Assembly: GCA_951406725.2 (NCBI GenBank) | Contig: OX597814.1 | Span: 12,710,001-12,774,000, forward strand | Direction: 5' to 3' | DNA length: 64,000 bases | Source: Octopus vulgaris | Lineage: Eukaryota | Shown: piece by piece, positions 13,060-26,976 of the stretch | How the letters are laid out: the number at the start of each line of letters is the position of its first letter | Numbering within the stretch: position 1 is the first letter of the stretch | The notes under the pieces: model-generated | The model's database searches: none | What the model saw: the letters and a program-made list of their open reading frames with translations, nothing else | Told to the model about the DNA's origin: nothing | Position numbers and translations under genes: made by a program

Positions 13060-15170
13060 AAATATGTGTGTGCGTGTGTATTGATGCGAATATGCGGATC
13101 TGTACACGGGAGCGCACGTGCACGTCTGCACAAACACACACACACGAGCTTGGAAAACACACGCCCGCACATGCACACACATACACGCGCATACGCACAC
13201 ATACACACACACACGCATACACACATACATGCGTATTCATTCATATGTACATATGCATATTCACATGCACGTACGCATGTATACCGGTGTGTGCGAACGC
13301 ACGCATGCGTGTGTATAAGTGCATTCACACACACGCGTGTGTGAGTATACATGAGCAAATCAAGCGTTGGGGATTGGTGGGCGTTGGAGGTTGGTAAACG
13401 TTGTGGATTGGTAATTGGTGGTCCTGCTCAGGGGGTTGGTTGGTAGCGGCGATCTTGGTGCAGGTGGTGCAGAATAGCAGCGGGCGCTAAGGTGGTATAT
13501 CCGGTTGTCGGCACCGAGTGACCTGAAATTGTGGTGCACGACGATTCCTTCTGGGTGACAAAAGAATGTGATCCATTGTTCGACGTCTCTATGAGGAGAG
13601 TTGATGGGGCTGAAATGGCCAGCCTCATTGTGTTATACATCTTGGATCCCTCTATAGGAATGATGCCCTGGTTATCTCAAGCTATATGAACGGCCACACC
13701 ATAGACAAGTTCAGGAAGGATTTGATAAAAATATTCAGTAAGTTCCGGCTGCCCATAACGGTTACCACCAATCTGACTCTGGTCGATTTCTTGGACGTAA
13801 ACTTAGACATGAGTGGCTCAAGTATTACTCGTACAAGAAGCCTAGAGTAGATGCAGTATACATCCACAAGAGCTCACACCATGCGCCTGCTGTAATTAGA
13901 AACCTGGTTCCAGGCATTAGAAAACGACTATCTAATCTCTCGGCCAAAAGAGACGTCTTTAAAAGGGCGCCTCCACTACAAAGATACTTTGGAGAGTGTT
14001 TACTAAGAAGCTCACGTATGTGTACAATCTCCAAACACCCTCTCCTCACCCCCAAAAGGATGAGGAGAAGGAAAATTATATGGTATAACCCGCCTTTCTA
14101 CCTAGCAGTTTCCTCCAACATAGCTATAGGCTTCCTGTCGCTAATTAAGGAACACTTCCCCAGAGGTCATAAGTATTACAAATATCAAGGTGAACTACTC
14201 CTGCTTAGATTACAACGCATCTAACATCGCACGTATGAACAGACGTAATGAATCACCCATCCTACCCAACCTCAACCTACAGCTTCCGAAACCCAACCAT
14301 GTGCCCTCTAGAAGGATCTTGCCTCTCAAGACCGTAGTATACAAAGCCACCCTTACACCATCCGACAGCATTACTAGCCACTTTATGGGAATGACAGCTA
14401 ATGAATCCATGGGAAGATATTCCCAGCATATGTACTCATTCAGATCGAGGGCCAGAGAGAACCCTACTTCCCTGTCTCGTTTTCTCTGGAGACATCGTGA
14501 TCTCCGAGATGAAATACTCTGCCTCAAGTGGACTATTGTCGAAAAAGCACCACCATATTCACCCGGTGCCCCTAAATGCCAGCTCTGCCTCCGCGGAAAA
14601 TTGCATATCCTCGAACAACCCGCAGTTTTTATCAACGATAAATGCGATTTACCGTATTGCTGCCACCAGATGTATGCCCTTCTAGCGAATTTCAGGCCTC
14701 TGACTCCCGAAAACTCGGATGTACCACCTTAGCATCAATTACTACTCTGCACCGCCTACACCAAGGTCACCGCTACCAACCAGCCGCAAGAGCAGGACCA
14801 CCAATTACCAATCCCCAATGTTTACCAAACACCAACGCTTACCAATCCCCAACGCGTGCTCAGCGCGTGCATACTAACGCACGCGCGCGCATGCACATGT
14901 GAACGTGCATACGTGTGTGCGTGCACACTGGTATGCAGATGTACGTGCATGCGAAAATATGTACATATGAATGTATACGCATGTGTGCATGTGTATGCGT
15001 GTGTGTGTGTGTATGTTTGCGTATGCCCGTTTATGTGTGTTTGTGTGCGCGTGTGCGTGTTCCTCTTAGGATAAGTGGGTGTTTGTGTGTGCATGTGTGT
15101 GTATGCAGATGTGTACGTGCGTGTCCATGTACAGATCCGCCTGCTCGCTTCAGTACACACATGCATGCAA
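13060..15170 (+). mobile_element. Penelope-like element (Naiad-type), 5'-truncated and frameshifted, with an inverted copy of its 3' end upstream
   Basis: RT C-terminal remnants (NLTLVDFLDVNLDM at about 13770; RRKIIWYNPPF...FLSLIKEHFP). GIY-YIG region CPLEGSCL/VVYKAT...FMGMT...HMYSF...TSLSRFLW...LKWTIVEKAPPY...CQLCLRGK. About 13060-13503 is the diverged reverse complement of about 14717-15170. Confidence 0.88.
14190..14732 (+). pseudogene. GIY-YIG endonuclease domain of the Penelope-like element (decayed)
   Basis: 180-aa ORF with the VVYK...(Y)xGxT equivalent and a CxxC (CQLC) C-terminal motif. Frameshifted relative to the RT. Confidence 0.85.
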
Positions 15171-15980
15171 AACAACATGAGCGCGTCTACACAGCCACAT
15201 ATAGAGTAATATACTTGCACATGCCGCCCCTTCCAACATGCCTCCGAACAACCTGACCAATTTTCTACTCGCCACGTGGTCTATTTCCTGCCCTCCACAT
15301 GGTCAATTTCCTGCTCACCATGTTGCATTCTCCACTAACTAATTGTTACACATATACCGACATCAAACCACGACACCGTGTATATTCCTTTACAATTGTA
15401 TATTCAAGCCCCATAATCTGTATAATTTCATGTTTTGCATGAACAATATCAAATAGTAAAATATTCCTAAATTAGGAAAATAAAGTCAGAATATAAAAGA
15501 AAATATATTTGGTATTGCTTATAATTCAGTCTATTCTCTATGTACATTTTATCAAGCATCTTGAATAGGATTTGTATGCACATTGTATATTTAGCTGGCA
15601 GCAATTCCATAGGATATTAATTTATGATAAAGTAGGGCCTACTTGAATAAAATTTTTTGAGTAGTTTTCATCCTTCTGTAGGATTACTTTCCTTCTCTTG
15701 CTTGTTTGGATAAGATAATTCAAAACAGATCTTTTTCACGAATTACTTTGCCAAGTAGCTACATTACACATGCCTGCTAATCAGTGGTAAAAAATTGTCT
15801 TAGTATTCTTTCTCGGGTACATGTAAGTTCTATATGAACAACAGTTGTCAAAATCTCAATGTTTAATATATATGCTGATCATTTTTTGAGATGAGTATCA
15901 TTGGAGCCACATTCAGAAACAACAATAATACTGTAATATAAATGTTTTCTGTTCATCCATCATCATTACTATCAAAAGAA

Positions 15981-16014
<34 letters not shown>

Positions 16015-16094
16015 GTAATAGTAATAATAATAATAGCAATAATAGTAATAATAGTAATAATAACAACAACAATAATAATAATAATAAGAAGAAT

Positions 16095-16133
<39 letters not shown>

Positions 16134-16139
16134 TATAAC

Positions 16140-16182
<43 letters not shown>

Positions 16183-16219
16183 TTAATATTAATAATAATA
16201 ATAATAACAATAATAATAG
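15981..16219. repeat. (AAT)n microsatellite
   Basis: Directly visible. Confidence 0.97.
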
Positions 16220-16573
16220 ATAGCGAAAGGGACTAATTTCTACCTAACTCAGATACCAGGAAACCCCAAAATGGCAGAAATTCAAAAGATAGTGCTCATG
16301 GGAACTGCTCATATCCTACGCAAAATACTCTCTATGTAATCCCAAGGTTTAAAACAAACTGTTTTTCTATTTATTTATTTTTTTATTTTATTTTATTTTA
16401 TTTTATTTTTTTAATTTTTTATTTTATTTTTATGTATTAGACATTCACTGGTACAACACACAAAAAAAAAAAGCCCAAATATATGGCACAGAACTTCCAA
16501 CCTGTTGTCTCTTGAGGTCTCTGGGTGAGACTTGGAGCCAACTTGTACAGACATAAAGCAAAAGTCAAACATA

Positions 16574-16575
<2 letters not shown>
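16220..16575 (+). mobile_element. 3' end of an R4/Dong-like (restriction-like endonuclease) non-LTR retrotransposon inserted in (AAT)n
   Basis: 16220-16339 encodes IAKGTNFYLTQIPGNPKMAEIQKIVLMGTAHILRKILSM*, matching the typical QK.VL.GTA.ILR C-terminus. The 3' UTR runs directly into (AAT)n. Confidence 0.8.
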
Positions 16576-16621
<46 letters not shown>

Positions 16622-16655
16622 TAATAATAATAATAGTAATAATAGTAATAATAAC

Positions 16656-16705
<50 letters not shown>

Positions 16706-16725
16706 TAACAATAATAATAATAATT

Positions 16726-16771
<46 letters not shown>

Positions 16772-16778
16772 TAATAAA
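16575..16778. repeat. (AAT)n microsatellite
   Basis: Directly visible. Confidence 0.97.
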
Positions 16779-16789
16779 AATGTAATTCC

Positions 16790-17440
16790 TCTGCTTCTCT
16801 TTCAAACATTTAATTTTGGTGTGAACTTTTTGGTTTTCGGAATTTTGGGTAATCCCTTGGACATTTGTCAAAGGGAAATGTTTTGAATTTTCTTTCACTG
16901 CATATTTCTAAATACTTGCTCAGTGGAGTCTTCCGCAATCCTTCTTATCGGATGTGTTGTCTATAGATTCTTGCACGTTGTCAGAGGAAATTGTTTGTTT
17001 CGTCAATGTAATTTTTCCTTCCAGTTCCACATGTGCTATCTCCACATTCTTTTGCAGAGAATTGTGATTCATTCTGTTATGTGAATTTTTGTCTTGCGAG
17101 GTGTTTTTTTTTGAGATTTTTTTTTGGTTGATGTCTGCTGTTTCGTAAAGTGTTTTTATCAATCAGGTTTTTCAAGAATTACTTTGCCAAGTAGCTACGT
17201 TACATATCTTTGCTAATCAGTGGTAAAATTGTCGATTTGATTTTATGGTGTGAAAGATGTCTACCCCAGGATTCTGCGTATTAATAAATGGAATCGTGTG
17301 TTCATTAAATGTTTCCTTTGGTGTACTTAGATGCGTGGAAGTTCAGCTTCATCGCGTTTTTTAATTCTTTCGTTTATTAATCCTTAGGGGTATTTCTGCA
17401 TTGTTAGGAAATCTTTGAGCTCGTTGATAGGTATAGAATG
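16790..17440 (-). mobile_element. Decayed Neptune-type Penelope-like element (RT thumb and GIY-YIG C-terminus)
   Basis: Minus-strand remnants ELKDFLTMQKYP..LINERIK and YRQHIR*EGLRKTPLSKYLEICSERKFKTFPF. 17178-17228 is directly repeated at about 15741-15792, suggesting more of this element at about 15540-15900. Confidence 0.55.
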
Positions 17441-17566
17441 GAAAGAAAAAAGAACGGAAAAGAAAAAAGAAAAGTGTTTTGTAATGAAATTTCAAAGAAT
17501 TGACAACATCAAATTGAAAAGTGATCCCCATGTCTCTATCAGGCTGTCTGTCTGATTGTCTGTCTG

Positions 17567-17678
<112 letters not shown>

Positions 17679-18115
17679 ACAGACGGTTACCCACTTGCAA
17701 ACAAATGTGGTAAGATATAACAATATTGACCAAGGTTACCGTGGTCTTTTTCGAAGGCTTTTCTTCCCACGGATAAACCTTACTTGCTTTCCCCTTTACA
17801 CCATACATCATGACACTGTGATACACGATCCCCATTGATCGTTTCTTTTTCCTCTTCCCCTCTTTTTCCTCTTTTTTCTTCTTTTTTCATGTTTCTTTTC
17901 CTTTGTTCCTTTTCCCTTTTTTCATTTTTTCTTTTCCTTTTTTTTGTTCTTTTTTCCCTTTTACGATCCCTTTTGATCGAAAACCTACGCCACCCTTTTT
18001 TAAATTCTTTTTGTTGTTTTTTGTTGTTTTTTTATCCCCCAAAAGAAAAGCTCTACCTTGTAACTTGTCCCATTTGTGTGCAGCCCTGTGTGGCCAATAA
18101 AGAAACTTATCTACA
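17679..18115 (+). mobile_element. Probable LINE 3' end (T-rich UTR, AATAAA) embedded in (CTAT)n
   Basis: Unique segment between two (CTAT)n tracts, ending ...tgtggccAATAAAgaaac. The Tx1-like family assignment is an inference. Confidence 0.45.
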
Positions 18116-18208
<93 letters not shown>

Positions 18209-18555
18209 CTCTCTATCTATCTATCTATCTATCTATCTACCTACCTACCTACCTATCTATCTATCTATCTATCTATCTATCCTTTCTCCAGCGTTTATCA
18301 TTTTTACTCCTCTTTCTTGATTATCCTGAAACCTCCGCCTCTCTCTCTCTTTCTCTCCTGTCTTTGCTCTTCCTTCTCTACCCTCTTTCCCCACCACCGA
18401 AAAACAAAGCAAAAACAAAGCAAAAACAGCAACCGATTGATATAAAAGGACAACGAAACGTTCTATTTTTGCCATTTTGATTTTGATTTTGTCTTGACGT
18501 GTTCGAAAAATGGGCGAAACCGCTAATAAAGAATCACCCAAAATTCTGACTTCCA

Positions 18556-18647
<92 letters not shown>

Positions 18648-18648
18648 A

Positions 18649-18691
<43 letters not shown>

Positions 18692-18720
18692 TATATACAC
18701 TTGTACATACATATAGGTAG

Positions 18721-18761
<41 letters not shown>

Positions 18762-18925
18762 CAAATATATATTCGCATACTACATGATGAATTTATTCGT
18801 AAAATTCTTCCCGGCATGCCCGTGTAAATTTTGCGTCTGCGCAGAGATTTGAAAAGTTAAGATCTGCTAGTAGTCGGGTTTAACATATAGCCCCACATCG
18901 CTGCAGACCTCGATTAAATTCAGGC

Positions 18926-19001
18926 GACTCGCTGATGAAGCCAGCCTTAGCAAACATATTCTGTGTTTTGCTAGAAAGAAGCAGAAACCGCGGTACGAGT
19001 T
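18926..19001 (+). ncRNA. Type I hammerhead ribozyme motif
   Basis: GACTCG-CTGATGA-[agc...tagcaaa/tttgcta...gca]-GAAA-CCGCGG-TA-CGAGTT. Stem I has 6 bp, stem III is palindromic, the cleavage site is GUA, and the stem II closing pair is mismatched. Lies in a ~320-bp module between (TA)n tracts. Confidence 0.8.
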
Positions 19002-19102
19002 GTTAAATTTATCGGTAAACGTTTTTGATTTTCACTCTCGATAAATTCATCCTCTTTTTGTGTTCCCAGCACTCGGCATCTTTATTTAGGAGCCCTTAAT
19101 TG

Positions 19103-19179
<77 letters not shown>

Positions 19180-19868
19180 GCATCTATAAATGTATGTGTG
19201 TATGTATGTATGAATACTTGAATTTGAATATGGATAAATATTTTGATGACATCTACCCTAGTGCGCATGAATGGAAAATAGTGACATCAGAAAAGTGAAA
19301 AAAACAAAAAAAACAAAAGATAAACGCAAAATAGCAGCAACAAAAAAACACAAGCAAAGATTTATAAATGTATGCGTTTATAGCCACACTTATACATTCG
19401 TAGACACACGTCTGGAACTATTTGTCTGTGTTGTGTTATATTAAACGAGAAGTATGAAATCCGATGAGTGAAGGTCAAAGTTCATCAGCACATCTCAAAA
19501 CGCTACACGCACAGTTTCACCGTTAAATTAAAAACCTACAAGCGCAACCATAAAGATGACGATTGAAAACTCCTACATACGCTCCTACGCAGATAAAATT
19601 TAATTATTAATTATAGGCCATGGTCAAAGTTTAGCATCCTTACTCTCATAAAAGGAAAAGGAACAAAGTGTATATGCTATTAAAGAGAAGGTCAGAGATT
19701 CGGACGAAAAAACTTCGACAATGTAATTAGTTCCCAAATATTTATTTATCTAAATATTTATCTAATATTTTTCTAATGTGAATAAATAATTATCAAATTA
19801 AATGACAATAAAACTGGGATGAAATTTTTCGTTTTAATTGAGGGCATGACCCCAAATTGATATACATA

Positions 19869-19919
<51 letters not shown>

Positions 19920-20512
19920 AGACTCATATATACATATATACCGAAATACACGAACATGTAAGTGTATATACATACATACAGACATACGTATATGCGTATA
20001 TATTATATATATAGATGCATACATATACATATGTATATATAAATGCACACACTCATATATACATGTATATATATATATATATATATATCTAATATATATG
20101 GGTGTGTATGTGTGTGTGTTTGTGTGTTTGTGTATGTGACTACCTCCTAATTAACTAATTATCACAGGAATTGATAACAAAACAGAAGTGCAACCCAATC
20201 AGTGCATGACCCAAAAAATGTCGAAGACTGTGCGGGTATGTGTGTGTATGTGTGTGCATATATATATATATGCATTACATTACATATGGAATTTGCAATA
20301 AAAATATTTATTGAAGAATAATCTCCTAATCAGTAATATTCAAAATTTGCGCCGTAAGCAAAGTCTGTTCTGGGGAGAAAATGAAATACTACATACATAA
20401 ATATATGCATAAATATACACACACTCACACATACACACACATATATGCATACATACATACATGCATATATACACATATAAATACATGTATATATATGTAT
20501 ATATATATATAC

Positions 20513-20567
<55 letters not shown>

Positions 20568-20568
20568 C

Positions 20569-20645
<77 letters not shown>

Positions 20646-20647
<2 letters not shown>

Positions 20648-20760
20648 AATTAAATCAGAGATAAAACCACTATTAGGCAAATCAAACAGTGAAAAACACA
20701 AACCAAAACATAAATATAGAAATAATTAATATAATATATAAAATTTAAAATTTAAATCAT
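20646..20760. mobile_element. Single arm of the 'agagacaaaaccactatt' PLE-like terminus family
   Basis: agagataaaaccactattaggcaaatcaaaca matches 27330 and 33497. Abuts (TA)n and the truncated mariner 3' end. Confidence 0.7.
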
Positions 20761-20764
20761 TTGA

Positions 20765-21989
20765 ATTTAAAATTGTTGTTCACAACTACCCCCCAACGTT
20801 CAATAAGATTTTCAATATCTCGTTGCCAGAAATCAACTCGACTCGAAAAACTGCTCGAGTCGAAAAATTGATCCAACCACACTCTCAATTCTGCATTGGT
20901 ATTGAACGAAACTCCGTGCATAGGATTTGAAAGAGATCGAAAGAGGTGGAAATCCGTTGTTGTGAAATCAGGAGAGTACGGCGGGTGTGGCAGCACTTCC
21001 CAGCCATGCGTTTGAATGGCTTCCTTGGTCATATTGGCGATATGAGGAAGGGCGATGTCGTGCAGCAGAAGAACTTCATGCTGACGATTAGGTCTTTTCG
21101 TTTGAATAGCCGTGTTTAGTTCTTCCATTTGTTGAACATAGAGTTCCGCTTTGACCGTTTGGTTCTGTTCGAGCAATTTGTAAATCATAATCCCTTCCCA
21201 GTCCCACCATACGCACAACATCGTTTTACGCGAATGAAGTTCTTGTTACACGCGCGGTCTCGCTTGTTTACCGGAGCTAAGCCATTCCTTACGCTGCTTC
21301 ATATTGATGTATAGGCACCATTTTTCGTCACCAGTAACAATTTGGTAAAGAAATCGTTGCTTTTGTCCAGGAGTTGAGCGGTGATGAGCAAGCAAACCAG
21401 CGAAGTTTGAGACTCGTTGAATTTTGCTGTTGCCACTTAAAGTATGCGAAACTCATGCTCCATACTTCTGAACCTTTCCCATCGAATGAAGATGCTTCTC
21501 TATAGCAGTGTGGCAGCATTCTAGTTTCTCTACAAGTTCCCTTGACGTTTGACGAGAATTTCCGTGCAAATGTTAGTTTAATCGCTCTTCATCGAACTCA
21601 ACTGGACGGCCAGAACGAGGTGCGTCTTTGAGGTCAAAATCTCCATTTTTCAACGTGGTTTACCAATAACGAGCGGTTCATTCAGCTATGGCAGCCTCTC
21701 CATACAGAGTACATATGTTGTGAACAGCTTTTGCGGCCTTAGAACCGTGATTAAAAGCAAAAAGGAGGAGGTGTCGAAAATGCTCATTTTCTTAACTTGA
21801 CATTCCATTTTAATATTCTAAAACATAAACAAAAACTAACTAAAATTAACTAAAAAAAAAAACAAAAAACAAAATAGATTCCAAAATGATTCAAAAATAG
21901 ATTTCTCGAAAAAATAGATTCCAGATTTTAAAACGCAATAAATTCTAAAATAAAAAACAAACAGCGGTAACTTTGTTGCCAGCCCAATA
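20765..21989 (-). mobile_element. mariner DNA transposon, near full length, frameshifted, 3' TIR missing
   Basis: 5' TA + ttgggctggcaacaaagtt TIR (21962-21989). N-terminus MECQVKK/EHFRHLLLFAFN, IVTGDEKW (about 21320-21343), MLCVWWDWEG, LLHD, HPPYSPDF..TDFHLFRSL (D34D). Confidence 0.93.
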
Positions 21990-22377
21990 GAATTTTAGAA
22001 GTTCAGAAAAGGAAAACGATAACTCAGCAAGTTGCGTCAAACCCGTGGAGCCCAGGTGGATATATACAGGTGTTTGTAGAAGACATTATTTGTCTGCCTA
22101 TGTTTATCTGAATTTCTCATGTTGACATGTTGGACATCCACTATATATGCAGAAATAGTATCGCGAAGTAGTGACGGAAAATAAACAATATAGGCAATTT
22201 CACTGCAGTTTACTTGTGGAAGCGGTGGAAGTATACCATGATGAAACCCGTGGTGCCCTCTATTCCAAACCCTTGATGCATTTCTGGTTCATTACGCCTT
22301 TTTCAGTAAGAGATACAAATTTGTTACTAGTTGAAATATGCTTCAGGTATATTTGAATATATATATATATATACCCC

Positions 22378-22775
22378 TTACTCTTTTACTTGTTTCAGTC
22401 ATTTGACTGTGGCCATGCTGGAGCACCGCATTTAGCCGAGCAAATCGACCCTAGGACTTATTCTTTGTAAGCCTAGTACTTATTATATCGGATTCTTTTT
22501 GCCGAACCGTTAAGTTACGGGGACGTAAACACAGCAGCATCAGTCAAGCGATGTTGGGGGGACAAACACAGACACCCAAACACACATACACACACATACA
22601 TATACATACATATACGACGGACCTCTTCGAGTTTCCGTCTACCAAATCCACTCACAAGACTTTAGTCGGCCCGAGGCTATAGTAGAAGACTCTTGCCCAA
22701 GGTGCCACGCAGTGGGATTGAATCCGGAACCATGTGGTTGGTAAGCATGCTACTTACCACACAGCCACTCCTGCG

Positions 22776-22777
<2 letters not shown>
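22378..22777 (-). mobile_element. SINE family A, full length
   Basis: Reverse complement of both halves of the 4100-4735 element. Confidence 0.92.
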
Positions 22778-22838
<61 letters not shown>

Positions 22839-22874
22839 ATATATATATATATATAATATAATATATATAATATA

Positions 22875-22926
<52 letters not shown>

Positions 22927-22949
22927 ATATATATAATATAATATATATA

Positions 22950-23038
<89 letters not shown>
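22778..23038. repeat. (TA)n with interspersed TAA variants
   Basis: Directly visible. Confidence 0.95.
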
Positions 23039-23040
<2 letters not shown>

Positions 23041-23599
23041 GCTAATTCTTATGAAATAGCACTCGAACACGTGACGCTCATTCAGTCAACTACATTATTT
23101 AATAGTTACGCTAGACAGTGTTAATGTCGATTTCACCATAATGATTTTCAGCATATATATTATTGATGTAATATGCAATATCACATTTGTTTGTCTAACA
23201 CCCAATTTGTATGAATAAATATATAAATGGGTGCTAAAATGTTCAGTTAACGTTACAAATATTATAAATCGTTGCACATTATTTGGTGACTCGTCGACAA
23301 TAATTCATTGTGTTTCCAATAGTTTGCAGCCAAAATTCAAACTAACGTACACAGTAATTGCGAGCAGTAATGCAACAGCGTTTGACTAGTCTATTTCTCC
23401 AGTGAATCAAGACCTCAGTTTAGGAGTAGCGAGGCCAACATAACCTATCAGAACAATATTATTTTTCTAGCACTGACTGGACTTAATTACAAAATTCTAC
23501 TTATTAATTTCATTAAGTGCTTCTTTATTTTCAATAAGGATAATGACAAAATAAACATTTTAATTTTTGAGTATATTTCTTTGTAAAAAGTGTATGTTT

Positions 23600-26400
23600 A
23601 GCTTAAAATATGAATAAATTAGACTGCTTTTTGCGGCATGATTAACAGATTGAAAAATAAATGCGAATCTTTCACTAACAAAATATGTCCCATATTAAAG
23701 CTTTATTCCTGCGTCAGAATGATTAGATTAAAATATATTTTATTAACGTAGCTAGTGAAATGAACTTTGCCTAGATTTTTGAATCTTCAAAATTTCTAAC
23801 CTCACGTAAAAGCATTGACCTGGCAGTGAGTCTTTCAATGCGTAGTTTTCTTTCATCAACTCATCAGGCGAAATTCGAAAAGCTTTTGAAATGTTTGAAT
23901 CTGATGATAGGCTTTTGATGCTATTTGAAATGATATTGTCCAAAATATTTTCAATGCAGCACAAACAATCCAACACAATCAACGGGAAATATCTTGCAAA
24001 ATTTGAAATCAATAAATTTAATAATTCTCAAGATATAAATTCTGTTTTCCCAAACTTTTCCTTTTAAGGTGATGCTAAATGCATTTCCGTTGCAAAACGA
24101 TGTTAAATTTCGTTGGATATTGTGTAGAATTTAACCTTTGTTACTAGAATGCGTCTAGTTTTATGAACAGTAGGATATTTCCACAAGACTCAAGTGTTTT
24201 ACTCAAATGTTAAACATCATTAAAACTATCAGTTATATCTGCAATAATATCATCAAACGAAAGATAAAACAGACTTTCCGAAGTAGGCTTCCTTTTTGAA
24301 ATCCCATATATCCGTTATCTTCGCTACTCTCTTAATTCTACACGCACATGGAAGAGTATGATTTCCACTTCTACACTCACTGAGCTGACTATGATATTCA
24401 CCTCAATATTATCTCCTTAGATTCATGATAGCCACTTCTGGCTATCGTAATGTAAGTCCCCTAAATCTGTTTGGAGAGTTTGATTTTTATTACATCCATT
24501 TGCAATGTGATACTTTGGAGTGATTGAAGTTAATGCCAATATCTCTTGCGGGCAATATCTGTTACGTTGTAGTCGACATTACTTCACAAAAATGGGTTAC
24601 AGACTTATATTAACACACCATTCACTTCATATTTTGTCTTGTTTGTTAACGTCATCTCTAATAATTCTTGCAATGATAATCTGATTTTTTGTAAATTTAG
24701 TTTCGAGCCATCTGTTTTCTTGTATTCCATGTCGATAGCAATTTGCAATATAACAATTATCCGCACCTTTCAAAAATGAAACAAAGCATGATATAGATAA
24801 GACCTTCTCAAAATAGATTCATGCATATATTCAGTTGTGTTACTTTATTACTGAGGGATATCGTACTAGTATTATGAAATGATGCCTTTCAATAAGGCAT
24901 TGACACCATTTTGCACCGTTTCATATGCATACCCCTGGCTGTCGCTCAGATAAAAGAAGTGTTATGTAAGTTGTTTACGACTAACTCAGCTCGACTAACT
25001 CTCAGTGTGAGAGTTTAATTAATTTTCTCACACATTGTAATTAATGCCTTTTAAATTAATATATGCCAACAGAAACGTTATCTCCTCAACATAGGAAGAA
25101 GACGGATGCATGTAAAACAACTGGAAATGTTTAGAACACCTGTCTAGCAATATATATTTTACTTTAGAAAGTTAGAAATTCTTGACAAACTCATTTTGTG
25201 ATTCATTCGCGAAACGCATACCTTTGGAGAATCTCTGAAACCTGGAAGTTTTCCTTTATATCACCGATTCAATGGTAAGATCCTCTGAACGCAATCCATG
25301 TTCCACCCGCAAAATGAATCCCATTAAACATGCGCTGCAAACCATGAAATTAACTCAAAGCTCAATTTGAATTGCCAGCTTCTTGAAGGCTTTCAAGTTC
25401 TTTACGGGCTCTACTGATTGAATGTTTTCTTGTCCTTATACCGCTTTGCAATCTCTATTGTCTGAAGTTTCTTCACAGTTCATGGTATTCATTTAATTTG
25501 CTAAAATTAGGATTGGAAGTTTGAAATACTGCGGGTATAGATCCCAAATTCAACATAATAATGCACAATGAAGCTGGAATTTATTGACTTCTTCAAGAAT
25601 AGCATTTAGAAGAGGTGTTATATAAATGTATAAATAACAGCACAAAAGTCCCTACCCTAGCATTTTCCTCTTCATATTTAACATTAAATAAATCTTTAGA
25701 TCGTCCAATTTCAGTAGGATTGTCTGTATATGCTGCACTAAACAACCAGCGCTTCATGCTGGGCTGACCATATTTTCACTACATTATGGTTGCGTGTATT
25801 TCTCACATACGCTTCTGAAAAAATATCCTTGTAATTATTTCATCCAAGGGCGTTAACACTAAATCAGTGTGCAATTTCAGATACATGGACGATAAATTAG
25901 AGTGCCGCAAACGCCTTTAGAAGCATGTAGCACATGGCATGTACATTTTATAAAAGCAAATAGACGTTGAATATTTTGAATATCAGAAAGACCGGTTGTC
26001 TTGTCCAGTAATATTATTTGATTCCTGAAACTAATGTCCAATTCAATTCTTTAAATTAATGTTGCTCATTTCTACAAAAATCTTTAATTTTGTTACGAAG
26101 TGCTTAACAAGTTCTTAACATCATTTGCCAAAAATATCCAATTTTTATAACGCAGAAAATACATCAGACTAAATCAAATTGATTTGAGATGCGTCAAGTA
26201 ATATCGAATATTGAGTTTTCTAGATCGGTGACCAATTATTAACGCAAAACCAGAGCAATAATAACTTTGAGTTGACTCATGAATTCTATTCGGGTTAATT
26301 TAACATGTACAAAACCTATTTTTACTGTAATTTGTTGGTATAAGACTTAGCAATATTTTTAAAGAAGCGATGATATGCTGTTCGAACACTGCATTTAGTT
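23600..26400 (-). mobile_element. Heavily decayed hAT-like (ZMYM1-type) transposase region; boundaries approximate
   Basis: Ordered minus-strand remnants: SQNEFV (about 25190), YVEEITFLLAYI (about 25060-25095; cf. H.EQ....RYV), SQGYAY..VQNGVNAL (about 24895-24945; cf. GQ.YD...NGVQAL), RW (about 24710). Confidence 0.4.
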
Positions 26401-26839
26401 CTAAATGTTTTTTCTTCTAAATTTTGGTGCTCGGTTTCATAGATTTTCGGCATCAGTTAGAGAATATTTATTACTCTTCAATAGTACACATCGGCTACAT
26501 GTGAATTTTGCATTATTTGTCTGCAACATAAGACAATTTTTTTCTGATTCTACAAATATTTGATTTTATAATTTGTATCATTTTACCCTCTCACTCTGGA
26601 TACTGCTAAAAGGAAGTTAGGAAAAAGTATTCAATAAGAGAACGCTGCAGTTTTATAATTTTAAAAAAATGGCACATTTACGGTCACCAGTGTTCCAGTT
26701 GACCCGATCAACGGGACAGCCTGCTTGTGAAAATAAACGTACAAGTGGCTGAACAATCCACAGACTCGGTGACCTTAACAGAGTTTACAAAGAGATTCAG
26801 AGAGACATAGAGTGTGAAAGGCTGGTCTTTTGAATTATA

Positions 26840-26976
26840 GATACCATTCATTTTTGCCAGCTGAATAGACTGAAGCATGGAGAAATAATGTATTTGCCCA
26901 AGGATAAAACGCTCCACCAGGAGTCGAACATACGAACGTACGATCGGGAGCTGAATACCCCTAACCACTAAGCCAG
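26840..26976 (-). mobile_element. Degenerate tRNA-derived SINE
   Basis: Minus strand tggcttagtggttagggg...gttcgactcctgg followed by ccttgggcaaatac. Similar to 40856-41089. Confidence 0.65.
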
